Below are positions 1 to 9,532 of a stretch of DNA of 64,000 nucleotides, piece after piece. Positions within the stretch are counted from its first letter, which is position 1, and each line of letters starts with the position of its first letter. Both the position numbers and the translations under genes were made by a program. The notes beneath the pieces are model-generated. The model was not told the DNA's origin, ran no database searches, and saw only the letters and a list, made by a program, of their open reading frames with translations. Origin of the DNA: an uncultured SAR86 cluster bacterium (GTDB lineage: Bacteria > Pseudomonadota > Gammaproteobacteria > Magnimaribacterales > D2472); the NCBI GenBank assembly GCA_943846785.1, contig OX044367.1, positions 260,276 to 324,275 on the forward strand, given 5' to 3'.

Positions 1-779
1 GGCTTTTTAAATAGAAGTGTCATTCTATCGCTCTCTCCTATCTCTAAATACTTTTCTCTATCGAGATCTTTTAGTCTAAGGTTTGGTGGCAAAGTCCAAA
101 CTCCCCCTGGATAATTTTTAGTATCTTTTGGATTAGCATTAATTTCAGATTTAGCAACGAGCTCAAAGCCATGTTTCCTGGCAATCTCTATTGCGTGCTC
201 TTCTGTTACATAGCCGCTTTTTTTCATTACATCCATAGAGGTTCCAGGCTTGGCTCTATGCTCAACAACTCCAAATATACCTCCAGGCTTTAAAGCCTTA
301 TAAGAATTAGAAAAAATTAAATCCATCTCTGCTCCTAGCCAATTATGGAGATTTCGAAAAGTTAAAACTGCATCAACGCTATTTGGTTTTGCTAAGTTTG
401 AATTTATGGCTGACATTTGAACATTATCAAACATAGAATTTGCACTCATCTTTCTCTCAAAGTTTGCCCTGCTTCTTTTGAAGTAGGCTCTTTCTGAATT
501 AGGATCGAAATGAGCAGCTATAAGGTTGCCAGGTTCATGTAAAAAATTAGCTAGTATCTCTGTATACCAGCCGCCGCCTGGAGATAATTCGATGATTGTC
601 ATATCAGACTTTATTTCAAAAAAACTGAGTGTTTCCATGGGATGTCTTGAGGAGTCTCTCGCGGCATTTTTTGGATCTCTATCTTCACTGTTTACTGCGC
701 TCTGAAGATCATGAGCGCTTAAATTTGGTATGGATGATATAAGAATCATTAATATAATTTTGTTAAAGATTGTTTTCAT
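1..779 (-). CDS. SAM-dependent methyltransferase with N-terminal signal peptide (3' end runs off the left edge of the window)
   Basis: Absent from the ORF track because no stop codon lies in the window. Own translation from ATG 779..777: MKTIFNKIILMILISSIPNLSAHD...MTIIELSPGGGWYTEILANF...LKPGGIFGVVEHRAKPG. Glycine-rich SAM-binding loop ELSPGGG. AGGAG lies 8 nt upstream of the ATG. Confidence 0.55.
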   Translation of the reverse strand, partial: MKTIFNKIILMILISSIPNLSAHDLQSAVNSEDRDPKNAARDSSRHPMETLSFFEIKSDMTIIELSPGGGWYTEILANFLHEPGNLIAAHFDPNSERAYFKRSRANFERKMSANSMFDNVQMSAINSNLAKPNSVDAVLTFRNLHNWLGAEMDLIFSNSYKALKPGGIFGVVEHRAKPGTSMDVMKKSGYVTEEHAIEIARKHGFELVAKSEINANPKDTKNYPGGVWTLPPNLRLKDLDREKYLEIGESDRMTLLFKK

Positions 780-796
780 TTCGATAGCTCCTTTTT

Positions 797-1636
797 TTAT
801 AAATGTTGGATTAATAATGTTGGTATGTTGTGATTGTGAGATTTTATTGTTGCGACTAGGGTCTTCTCTTTTATTCCTTTTTTAATAGCCGTTATCTCCA
901 CCCCTTCTTTCTCAAGACGCTTATGCGCTTCTTCAATATTTTCAACCTCCCATGAAAGCCCCCATAATGAATCAAAGGAGTCGCTGCTGTCTTTCTTCTC
1001 AATTACCTCGATGGTTGTTTTATTTAGTCTGAAAAATAGCATTCTACTTTTCCAAGCTTCTACAAACTTATCTAATGCAAGCCTAATATTAAAAATATCC
1101 CGATAAATTTTAATAAACCCATCTGCATCATTGGTGTTTATAACAACATGATCTAGTTTATTTATTGATGCATTTGAATATGTTCCAAGGGAGGGCAATG
1201 TTCCTTCTGTGTGTTGAATAATAAATGAAAATAATCCTCTTGTGAGTTCAGGAGGCAAAAAGAGATTCTTCCATTTTCGAACCTCGCCGTCTTTAGAATT
1301 TATACCCTCTCCATCTGTAGTATCTGATATAAGAAAGTTTCCTTCTTTAAGTGAGTTTGTGGCTTTGTCTATATCTTTTGTTCCAAAAACAACTCCTATT
1401 AGGCCCTCGCCCTTTTCTTCTAAATAATGATTAACAAGTGCGGCCCCGAGACCTTCTCCACTAGCTGACAAAAGTTCAAAATAAGTATTTTTAAAATTGA
1501 ATAGGGAGTTGATCGTTCCTAGCTCTTTGTGCTCTCCGCGCCAAACAGGGGGCATTCCAAAGATTTTGGTATAATTTGCTTCTGCTTTATCTAGATCTTC
1601 TACTGCAATAATAAGGTGATCTAAAGTATCTATCAT
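797..1636 (-). CDS. VOC (glyoxalase/bleomycin-resistance/dioxygenase) family protein, two-domain
   Basis: 279-aa ORF with two VOC-like halves, each opening with an LDHxxIxVxD-type strand (MIDTLDHLIIAVEDLDKA; KLDHVVINTNDADG). Confidence 0.6.
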   Translation of the reverse strand: MIDTLDHLIIAVEDLDKAEANYTKIFGMPPVWRGEHKELGTINSLFNFKNTYFELLSASGEGLGAALVNHYLEEKGEGLIGVVFGTKDIDKATNSLKEGNFLISDTTDGEGINSKDGEVRKWKNLFLPPELTRGLFSFIIQHTEGTLPSLGTYSNASINKLDHVVINTNDADGFIKIYRDIFNIRLALDKFVEAWKSRMLFFRLNKTTIEVIEKKDSSDSFDSLWGLSWEVENIEEAHKRLEKEGVEITAIKKGIKEKTLVATIKSHNHNIPTLLIQHL

Positions 1637-2614
1637 TTATCTACCAATATTGTTTAGGCTGTTAACTAAATTGTTATCTTTTAATGCTTCGATGCAATCC
1701 AATGAATCTAAGTTGTCTTGAAGCTGTCCTATACTTGACGCACCCAATATTACAGTTGATACATTTTTATTTAATAAACACCAGGCTATAGCAAGCTTGG
1801 AAGGGCTTAAATTATGCTCCTCAGCTATCTTGATATAAGAGGCGACTCTTTTCATTCTTTCTTGCCCCCGGTCTGAATCAATCATTCCTTTCTTGAGCCA
1901 CTCATATCCTTCTAAAGATGCTCTTGACCCTGCTGGCACTCCATTTAAATATTTGCCGGTTAGAGCACCTGACGCCAAAGGTGACCAGGTAGTTGTACCT
2001 GTACCATATTGTGTAAATATTGGGTCATACTCAACTTCAAACCTTTGTCTATCTAAAAGGTTGTATTGGGGCTGCTCCATAGTTGGTGGTGTTAAATTAT
2101 TTTCGGATGCAAATTTATATGCCTCATCTATTTCTTCTGCTGACCACTCAGACGTTCCCCAGTAGAGTATTTTTCCTTGGGTTATTAGGTTATGCATTGC
2201 CCAAACTGTTTCTCCAATTGGGGTTTCTGGATCTGCTCTATGACAAAAATAAAGATCTAGATAATCAACCTGAAGTCTTTCTAGGGCCTGGTGGCAAGCT
2301 TCGGTGACATGCTTTCTGCTTAATCCCATTTGAGTAGGTGTTGGATTGCCATGAGAGCCAAAAAATACCTTTGACGATACACAGTATGAGTCTCTAGATT
2401 TATTTAAGCTCTTTAGAGCCTTGCCCATAACAACCTCAGACATCCCTCTTTCATAGCCTTCGGCATTATCAAAAAAATTAACACCAGCATCTAGGCAGGT
2501 TCCAAACATTTCTTCTGCAAGCTTGGAGTCAACTTGTTTATTAAACGTTACCCAAGATCCAAACGAAAGCTCAGATAATTTAAGACCAGAATTTCCTAAT
2601 TTTCTATATTGCAT
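1637..2614 (-). CDS. aldo/keto reductase (Kv-beta/Tas-like subgroup)
   Basis: 325 aa. AKR signatures LGNSGLKLSELSFGSW, FDNAEGYERG, VDYLDLYFCHRAD, WGTSEWS. Confidence 0.8.
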   Translation of the reverse strand: MQYRKLGNSGLKLSELSFGSWVTFNKQVDSKLAEEMFGTCLDAGVNFFDNAEGYERGMSEVVMGKALKSLNKSRDSYCVSSKVFFGSHGNPTPTQMGLSRKHVTEACHQALERLQVDYLDLYFCHRADPETPIGETVWAMHNLITQGKILYWGTSEWSAEEIDEAYKFASENNLTPPTMEQPQYNLLDRQRFEVEYDPIFTQYGTGTTTWSPLASGALTGKYLNGVPAGSRASLEGYEWLKKGMIDSDRGQERMKRVASYIKIAEEHNLSPSKLAIAWCLLNKNVSTVILGASSIGQLQDNLDSLDCIEALKDNNLVNSLNNIGR

Positions 2615-2632
2615 GTTTATCTCCGATAATGA

Positions 2633-2995
2633 CTATAAAAGGTTTTTTGCCATTAAAACTAAAAGAACTACCGAAACCATCCAAACCAGTGATCTAATTG
2701 GCTGTGCTTCATTTCCATCACCTTCTGCACCCTTGTTCTTTTTTCCAACTCCTGAAATATAAATTATTAAAAACAGAACTCTTGATATCATCCAGTACAT
2801 TGCTAATTGTGTATTTGCATCTACATTAAGAACAATTGATAAGATTGCTAATGCCAGAAATATAGAAAAAGATTCACTTAAATTCCTAAAGGCTTTATTG
2901 GCTCGAGTTGAATATTCAATTTTTGATTTTAAAAAATTTGGAATCATAAGCTGAAACAAATATAAGTAGACTGACCAAACAATAAAACTAATCAT
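2633..2995 (-). CDS. small multi-pass membrane protein, possibly MAPEG-like
   Basis: 120 aa with about four hydrophobic segments and a RAxxNxxE-like stretch (TRANKAFRNLSESF). Weak assignment. Confidence 0.35.
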   Translation of the reverse strand: MISFIVWSVYLYLFQLMIPNFLKSKIEYSTRANKAFRNLSESFSIFLALAILSIVLNVDANTQLAMYWMISRVLFLIIYISGVGKKNKGAEGDGNEAQPIRSLVWMVSVVLLVLMAKNLL

Positions 2996-3060
2996 GACTT
3001 TTCCCCTTTAAATTTAATTATGTGATTACTCTAACCCGAATTTATAAATAGATAAATGTT

Positions 3061-4233
3061 TTAAGTTTTTGGAAGATTGTCTTGAAGAAAAGACAACATG
3101 TTTTCACCCATTACTTTTCGAATTTCTTCCTTACCAAGCCCTAGCTCTAATAATTCATGGGTTATTGCAACTAACTCTGATGTGTCAAACCCTGGGGTAA
3201 TGGTTCCATCAAAATCTGAGCCTAGAGCAACATGCTCTGCCCCAATTAGACCAATGCCGTAAATAATTGCTTCAGCTACTGACCTAGGGGTGTTATCGCA
3301 AACAGCCGCGTCCCAAAAACCAACGCCTATGAGGCCTCCTTTTTCAGCTATCTCTATCATCAAGCTATCACTTATATTTCTGGGTGATTTACAGTAACCA
3401 TTGAAACCTGTGTGACTAATAACAAGTGGTTGATTAGAAATACTAAGAACATCTTTAACAACATTTTCAGATGAATGAGAAACATCAATAATAATATCTA
3501 ATCGTTGCATCTCATCGATTGCCTGCCTACCAAACTCTGTCAGGCCTGCGCCACTTGTGCCGTGAAGAGAGCCACCTAACTTATTATCAAAAAAATGTTG
3601 AAGGCTCATCATGCGAAAACTATTTTCATACAAGCGCTCAATATTATCTAAGTTGCCATCGAGAGCGTGTGATCCCTCAGTGCCAATAAGCCCTCCCACC
3701 ATTTTTGGATTATTAACCCTTTTAAGTAAAAAAATACCTAGATCATATTGGGATTCAATTAACATAAAGTTTTCAGGATCGCGTTTTTCTAGATCTTTTA
3801 TTTTATTTGCTTGATATATGGCCCTTTCAAATAAACTAGACCAGGTTTTGATTGGCCATCTCTGGACTATTGCTAAAGCTGTTATGTTGTCATTAGCGCC
3901 GGTTTCATTGCTGTCATAGTTTTGACCAGAAGGCGACTTAGTAACAGTAGTGAACATTTGAAGAGCCACATTACCTGCTTGTAATCGAGGAATATCTGCG
4001 TGCCCATAGTCATAGGTTTTCTTTAAATCCCGATTCCATAACGCGCTATCAGCATGCCAATCCCCAACTATTAATGTGTTGTGAAGTGCTTGAGCTTCTT
4101 CAGAAACAACAAAAGGCGCATGTTCAGAAACAGGATTCATGCTCTTATCAAGCATCTTAGGCAAGATCATTAAAGCAGAGGCCACTAAAATTACTATAAA
4201 TAAGAGTGAGTTGAGTAGTATTTTTTTAGTCAT
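3061..4233 (-). CDS. membrane dipeptidase, peptidase family M19
   Basis: 390 aa with an N-terminal TM anchor. M19 metal-ligand blocks VGDWHADS, GTEGSHALDG, IIDVSHSS, LGSDFDG. Confidence 0.8.
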   Translation of the reverse strand: MTKKILLNSLLFIVILVASALMILPKMLDKSMNPVSEHAPFVVSEEAQALHNTLIVGDWHADSALWNRDLKKTYDYGHADIPRLQAGNVALQMFTTVTKSPSGQNYDSNETGANDNITALAIVQRWPIKTWSSLFERAIYQANKIKDLEKRDPENFMLIESQYDLGIFLLKRVNNPKMVGGLIGTEGSHALDGNLDNIERLYENSFRMMSLQHFFDNKLGGSLHGTSGAGLTEFGRQAIDEMQRLDIIIDVSHSSENVVKDVLSISNQPLVISHTGFNGYCKSPRNISDSLMIEIAEKGGLIGVGFWDAAVCDNTPRSVAEAIIYGIGLIGAEHVALGSDFDGTITPGFDTSELVAITHELLELGLGKEEIRKVMGENMLSFLQDNLPKT

Positions 4234-4251
4234 TTTTAAATTTCTTGTTTT

Positions 4252-4707
4252 TTAGTCATTAAAATTATAGTGGGACTTATAGTCTTTTATTATCGGATAT
4301 TGCTCTCTTAGTTTTTGAAGCATGCTCATAGTATCCTTGCCTCTATACCAAAAAATATTCCTGTACTCATCAAAACAATTAAGGCCTCTTTTTTTAATCT
4401 TCTCTTCCATTAATAAATAATTTTCCAGTAATAACCTTTTTGATGCCATTGGATCCGCTATAGGAAAATAAAAATAATGACATAAATCCCCATTTGATTC
4501 TTGATCCCAATATTCATCCAATGAATACATTTCTTTATTGGTTAGCCTTCTGCAGTCAAAAACAGCATTTACAATTGGAATTTTTGATATTGAACAAATA
4601 CTATCTAATTCATCTGCATCATCGGCATATAAAAAGCCTGATAGAAGGACAATAAAGATGCTTTTATTTAGAAGCCCTTTGTTGACCAGAATTTTATAAG
4701 CGCTCAT
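4252..4707 (-). CDS. hypothetical secreted protein
   Basis: 151-aa ORF with a hydrophobic N-terminus (SIFIVLLSGFLYA). No family recognised. 4-nt ATGA overlap with the upstream ORF. Confidence 0.4.
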   Translation of the reverse strand: MSAYKILVNKGLLNKSIFIVLLSGFLYADDADELDSICSISKIPIVNAVFDCRRLTNKEMYSLDEYWDQESNGDLCHYFYFPIADPMASKRLLLENYLLMEEKIKKRGLNCFDEYRNIFWYRGKDTMSMLQKLREQYPIIKDYKSHYNFND

Positions 4708-4925
4708 TTCTTTTTAAGTCTTTGGTATAAAGTTATTGAGCCATACAAAAACCATACAACGACAAAGCCCCACCATAGAGCAAAGAACCAATCATTTTTA
4801 TCTGTTCCATTCCATTCTATCCATTCAAATACAAAGCCCTCTATAAAGAGATCGAAAGGACAATAATGCGAAGAAGCCAAAAATCCACATACAAGGAAAA
4901 AATTCAGATGATTCAGTTTGTTCAT
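4704..4925 (-). CDS. hypothetical small membrane protein
   Basis: 73 aa with two hydrophobic helices. Translationally coupled to neighbours. Confidence 0.35.
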   Translation of the reverse strand: MNKLNHLNFFLVCGFLASSHYCPFDLFIEGFVFEWIEWNGTDKNDWFFALWWGFVVVWFLYGSITLYQRLKKK

Positions 4926-4929
4926 ACTT

Positions 4930-5223
4930 TCATTTGAGTTTTCTAAGAAGCCAATATCCTAAATAATAATTTATTATTGCTTTTAAGCTGCTAACTATTA
5001 AGGCAGGAAATTGATATACAAAATCTAAAAGATCATTCCAAAACCATGAATATATCCAATCATGGAGAAGCCTAATATTGTCTACTAAGAAGTCTTTAGT
5101 CGACATGCTAAGAATTGAATACTCTGAAAAAGTTATTATAAAAATTTGCCATGCGATAAAACCTAATTGAATAGGTGTTGTATAAATACAAAGATAGGCG
5201 AAGCCTAGGCCTATTTTTTTCAC
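4930..5223 (-). CDS. hypothetical small membrane protein
   Basis: 97 aa, hydrophobic. No recognisable motif. Confidence 0.35.
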   Translation of the reverse strand: MKKIGLGFAYLCIYTTPIQLGFIAWQIFIITFSEYSILSMSTKDFLVDNIRLLHDWIYSWFWNDLLDFVYQFPALIVSSLKAIINYYLGYWLLRKLK

Positions 5224-5247
5224 GAATTTATTTTGATCAAGCTTGAG

Positions 5248-5628
5248 TTAAACCCATTGATCATTTTTAGCCGTGTATTCATTTATAGTATCTCCAGTAT
5301 TCACAACTCCTTTAGGCTCTATGAGCATGATCTTTGCCTCATGCTTAGCAAATGGTTTGTGCCTTGTTCCTTTAGGAATAACTAGCATTTCACCTTCACT
5401 TAATTCGATGGTTTCATTCTCGAATTCTATTCCCATTGTTCCTTCTATAACAATAAAGGTTTCATCCGTTTCTGGATGGCTATGCCATGTAAAATTATCT
5501 TTTATTTTTGCAAGCTTAAACTGATAATCATTCATTTCTTCTATAACTTTTGGTGACCACTTATCAGAGAATTTTTTGAACTTAGATTTAAAATTAATTT
5601 TTTTCATACTATGTCTTATCTTGATCAA
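5248..5628 (-). CDS. cupin domain protein
   Basis: 126 aa. Cupin motif region WHSHPETDETFIVIEG...GEMLVIPKGTRHKP. Confidence 0.6.
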   Translation of the reverse strand: MIKIRHSMKKINFKSKFKKFSDKWSPKVIEEMNDYQFKLAKIKDNFTWHSHPETDETFIVIEGTMGIEFENETIELSEGEMLVIPKGTRHKPFAKHEAKIMLIEPKGVVNTGDTINEYTAKNDQWV

Positions 5629-5992
5629 GATTGACCGCTGCTAGCAACAGTAGGCCTGCAAATATTCCCATGTTTTTATAAAAGTTTTGGGTTTCATGTT
5701 TCGTATCTACGCCATCATATATGTTCCAAAAATCATGCAAGTTTAAGTTTATCAATAAGATCATTGCTGCAAACCCAATGGCGCAGACTACGACTTGCTT
5801 GTTAAGTAAAAGAAGGATGCTTCCACCCACTTGAGCAATGCCGGCAATGGCCAACAAAATAGGAATCATGACCATATTGTGGGTTTCCATTAATGCTATA
5901 TGCGTGTCCCATGAAGTAAATTTTGCTATGCCTGGTAGTAGAAAATAGATTGCGAGTAAAACTCTAGAAATATGAATTAATATAGATTTCAT
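5609..5992 (-). CDS. DoxX family membrane protein
   Basis: 127 aa with four hydrophobic helices. The N-terminal RVLLAIYFLLPGIAKF is typical of DoxX. Confidence 0.5.
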   Translation of the reverse strand: MKSILIHISRVLLAIYFLLPGIAKFTSWDTHIALMETHNMVMIPILLAIAGIAQVGGSILLLLNKQVVVCAIGFAAMILLINLNLHDFWNIYDGVDTKHETQNFYKNMGIFAGLLLLAAVNLDQDKT

Positions 5993-6019
5993 TATTACTC
6001 CCTTGCTAAATACTTAGCT

Positions 6020-6370
6020 TCATTTAAATTCATTCTTCCCATCGAAGTGCACTACCTTATAAATATCTGGTGGCTCATCTACACATCTGAGGTTAATACT
6101 ATAAGAGCCTGGATGAGATCGAGGCTGATAAAAACTTTTTGTTCCACATTTTTTGCAAAACAGATGCTTTGCTTTTTTAGTTCCAAAAGAATATTCAGAG
6201 ATTAAGTCTTTTCCATCTGTTATTTCAAAATCATCATGCTTGATAAAGAGATGTTCGTAACCATGTATTTTGCATATAGAGCAATTACATTCCCAAATTT
6301 CAACAGCCTGATCTGAGTTAAATTTAAATTTAACTTCCCCACAATGACATCTACCAACATACTCTTTCAT
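6020..6370 (-). CDS. GFA family protein (glutathione-dependent formaldehyde-activating enzyme / CENP-V fold)
   Basis: 116 aa. Zinc-cysteine pattern GRCHCGEVKF...CNCSICK...FCKKCG. Confidence 0.75.
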   Translation of the reverse strand: MKEYVGRCHCGEVKFKFNSDQAVEIWECNCSICKIHGYEHLFIKHDDFEITDGKDLISEYSFGTKKAKHLFCKKCGTKSFYQPRSHPGSYSINLRCVDEPPDIYKVVHFDGKNEFK

Positions 6371-6429
6371 AATTGAAGAATATCATGACTAAACTATAGT
6401 GCGATAGGAAATCCTAGCCAGTCTTTTGT

Positions 6430-8250
6430 CTACTCAAGAACAAAATCATAATATCCAAGATAAACATGAATGCTGCCATCATAGTTGTTGAATTCATTTC
6501 TCATTGTTTCTCCATAAACCACTATGTCTTCAATGCCGTCTCCATTTACATCTCTTGGAAATCCTTGTCCATGACCAGCATCCATAAGCAACTCATGCCC
6601 AGGCATTTCATATGATTGATTATTTTCATATTCAACCATTTGTCCTTCGGTATTATTTATGTTTATTATAGGAGTCCCTCCCCTTAGCCTTGGCGTTTCA
6701 TATCCATAGGATCTAGAAAATACGTTTCTTGAAAAATCTGTGTAGCCGTCATTGTTGAGATCTCTACAGTCTAGGAAATTCGCAAAAACTTGATTGTCAT
6801 AGATGTTAAATGGGCTTTCTATTTCAACTATTTTATTGTCTTGGATTTGAAAAACTTTAACCTCTTGGCTCGCATTAAAATTATTTTGATTGTATGTTTC
6901 TCCCTCTATTATTTCTCGACCTTCCTTATGAAAGCTTGTTGCAAATAAACCAAGAAAGGTCGTATTACCGGTATCATCAAATTTATCTTTAAAGAAACAC
7001 ATGGTCTCTGGAGTGTAGTCTATAGAGTACTTGCCATTTACTAAGTACACGGCAGTTGGCCCTTCTGATCCCTGCCAGGATATTTGATTTATAAAAAACT
7101 CTATCGATGTTAATTCTTGATCTACTTTGTTCCAGACATTATTTTCTCTAAACCACAAGGCTAGGCCTCTTTGGGAATAGTCCGTTGATTCATCTGTGGC
7201 AATAATATAGTTATCTTGGTATTTGAGCTCTGTGCTCCATGGAGCTGATCCTATATCAATAATATTAAGGCCGTCATCGCTCATTATGTTTTCTGTAGGA
7301 TATTCATCCTTAACGTCGAGCCATCCTTCTGGTGAATATCTATATGCTTGAAGTCCTATTCCAGTAAAGCCAGCAAATAGTGCATCCACATTTCCATTGT
7401 CATGCTCAACTATAGTTACTGCATGCCCCCAATCTGGGGTTCCAACTTTTACTATCTCATATTCTGTCTCGCCTTTAGATAATATAATTGCTGGGCTCGC
7501 TCTTGAGTATTCCCAAGGGTCTCCATTTCTTCCATCTTCCCAGTTCATAGCAAAAGCAAAATCGTCTCTTCCGTCTCCATTAAAATCACCTCTATCATAT
7601 TTTCTGCTTGCACCACCAAGGCTTGGGATATTTTCACCAAATACTTCTTGATTGCCCTCACGGTAGGTTCCATCACCATTAGAAAGATGCACAACGATTA
7701 AGTCTGGTGTTGGTTCTTGAATAACATCACCAAACTTATCTCTGTAAAGGTCACACCATTGATGCGCCATAAAGTCTTCCCAGCCATCATTATTAATATC
7801 TACAGGTATTACAAACTGAATAGATGGCTGAGCCTCTGAATAATCTGTATTACAAACCTGAGGGTAAAGATTTGAGTCGCTAATAATAATTGGCTCTTCT
7901 TTAAACTGGGATTTATATTCAGCTGTTACGGTGACGCTGCCCTCAGCAGAACCGCCATTTCCAGTGCATTTAATTTTAAATACTTGGCTGCCATCAACTG
8001 TAATGGTGAGAACCTCCTCACCGCTGATACCTTTAACTCCCTGCCAGCTTTCTGATGCCTCACATGCAGTCGAATTATTTGATGACCAAGAAATCGTAAC
8101 CTGCTCATCAACAAATAAGCTCATAGGGCTAGCTGAAATAGAAACTGTTGGTGCTGGAATAGGAGCTGGCTCAGGAGCGCTTCCGCCTCCTCCGCCACCA
8201 CAGGAAACAAGAATAAATATAGCTGGGATAACTGAATAAATTTTTAACAT
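6430..8250 (-). CDS. FG-GAP/VCBS-repeat surface lipoprotein
   Basis: 606 aa. Lipobox LVSC followed by GGGGGGSAPEPAPIPAP linker. Repeated Ca-binding DxNxDGxxD loops (DINNDGWEDF, DFNGDGRDDF, DLNNDGYTDF, DVNGDGIEDIV). Confidence 0.7.
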   Translation of the reverse strand: MLKIYSVIPAIFILVSCGGGGGGSAPEPAPIPAPTVSISASPMSLFVDEQVTISWSSNNSTACEASESWQGVKGISGEEVLTITVDGSQVFKIKCTGNGGSAEGSVTVTAEYKSQFKEEPIIISDSNLYPQVCNTDYSEAQPSIQFVIPVDINNDGWEDFMAHQWCDLYRDKFGDVIQEPTPDLIVVHLSNGDGTYREGNQEVFGENIPSLGGASRKYDRGDFNGDGRDDFAFAMNWEDGRNGDPWEYSRASPAIILSKGETEYEIVKVGTPDWGHAVTIVEHDNGNVDALFAGFTGIGLQAYRYSPEGWLDVKDEYPTENIMSDDGLNIIDIGSAPWSTELKYQDNYIIATDESTDYSQRGLALWFRENNVWNKVDQELTSIEFFINQISWQGSEGPTAVYLVNGKYSIDYTPETMCFFKDKFDDTGNTTFLGLFATSFHKEGREIIEGETYNQNNFNASQEVKVFQIQDNKIVEIESPFNIYDNQVFANFLDCRDLNNDGYTDFSRNVFSRSYGYETPRLRGGTPIININNTEGQMVEYENNQSYEMPGHELLMDAGHGQGFPRDVNGDGIEDIVVYGETMRNEFNNYDGSIHVYLGYYDFVLE

Positions 8251-8304
8251 TGTAAAAAAGTCTTGATGAATATATGTCTTAAATATTTATAATCTGCTAT
8301 TAAT

Positions 8305-9201
8305 TTATAATTTTATAAGCGCGTTGTGGGTAATCCTATCAGGGATATTTTCTGCTCCTGGCACCTTTCTGGCAATCAAGAATGGTTTAAGGACTTCAAT
8401 TGCTTTTGGTTCATCATAATGCCCAATGCCAGGATGAAGATGATGAATAAAATGAAGTTGCATTGAATGATTTAGATATCTTGGCATCCAGTGACTCCAA
8501 AACTTAGTGTCTTTATATCTACCAGTTTCCATCTGGTAGTGCGGATACCAACCAAAGAAAGCTGAAAGATAAATAACTCCAACCTTGCTTGGCAACCACC
8601 ATAACAGTAGCGCTTCAAGCGGAAAAACCACAGCAAGACTTAAAAGAATTGCTCTATATAGCAGCCCTATGTTCAGCCCTTTGTTAAAAGATTTCATAAA
8701 TGCTTTATCATTTTTATATATTTCAGCTAATGATTGATATTTAGTTATTCCTGCTTGAGTGGCTACAATAACGTCCCATATTGATTTAGAAGATGAGGTG
8801 TCATAGTCTGGATCTTTCTCAGGATTGTTGGTGTAAGCATGATGTTTCATATGCGTACATCTCATTAAATCATGAGGAAACATTAAGGTTACTAAAGTGT
8901 AGTGACTAACAAAAGAATCAATCCAACGCCTCTTTGGATTTCCTCTTGAAAAATTGCCGTGCTGAGCCTCATGTGAGGGTAAATAAGCAAAACACGCACA
9001 AACAATAGCAATTAGAGATCCATAAAATAAAGAAATATATCCATAAATAACTAATGGCCACAAAGAAAGCCATATAGTTGCCTGCCCAACGCCAATAAGC
9101 ATCATTTCCCATTGAAAGCGTTTAGAAAAACTTCTTGCTATCTCTTTCTCTTTTTCAAAAGAAAATTCTTCTGGGATTTGCTCTACGCCTTCCATAACCA
9201 A
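8305..9201 (-). CDS. membrane fatty-acid desaturase family protein
   Basis: 298 aa. Three histidine boxes HEAQHGN, HMKHHAYTN, HFIHHLHP. Substrate cannot be inferred. Confidence 0.7.
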   Translation of the reverse strand: MVMEGVEQIPEEFSFEKEKEIARSFSKRFQWEMMLIGVGQATIWLSLWPLVIYGYISLFYGSLIAIVCACFAYLPSHEAQHGNFSRGNPKRRWIDSFVSHYTLVTLMFPHDLMRCTHMKHHAYTNNPEKDPDYDTSSSKSIWDVIVATQAGITKYQSLAEIYKNDKAFMKSFNKGLNIGLLYRAILLSLAVVFPLEALLLWWLPSKVGVIYLSAFFGWYPHYQMETGRYKDTKFWSHWMPRYLNHSMQLHFIHHLHPGIGHYDEPKAIEVLKPFLIARKVPGAENIPDRITHNALIKL

Positions 9202-9383
9202 GTACCCCTAATTTTTGCTATAAGCCCTAAAGCCAAACCGCATAAATACCATATAAGTGAGCTGAGCATGACTTCGAATTGAATTGCAATTGCATTGAAA
9301 ACACTGCCCCAAAAAATTAACCCAAACCAAACCATATTCCAACTAGCTATATGGTTTGAAAGTAATTCATTCAATTTATTCAT
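9183..9383 (-). CDS. hypothetical small membrane protein
   Basis: 66 aa with two hydrophobic helices. Overlaps the desaturase start. Confidence 0.3.
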   Translation of the reverse strand: MNKLNELLSNHIASWNMVWFGLIFWGSVFNAIAIQFEVMLSSLIWYLCGLALGLIAKIRGTWLWKA

Positions 9384-9532
9384 AAAAATAGCGCCAATCT
9401 CATTTAAATATTATCTAATACTATATTAAGTTTGTACTATTTGTCACTCTTCAAATCTTCTCAGCCTTTGTGCGAAAACTATGGAAAGCATTAAGATGAG
9501 GGAGATTAATATTTCAAGGTATACTAAAAATT

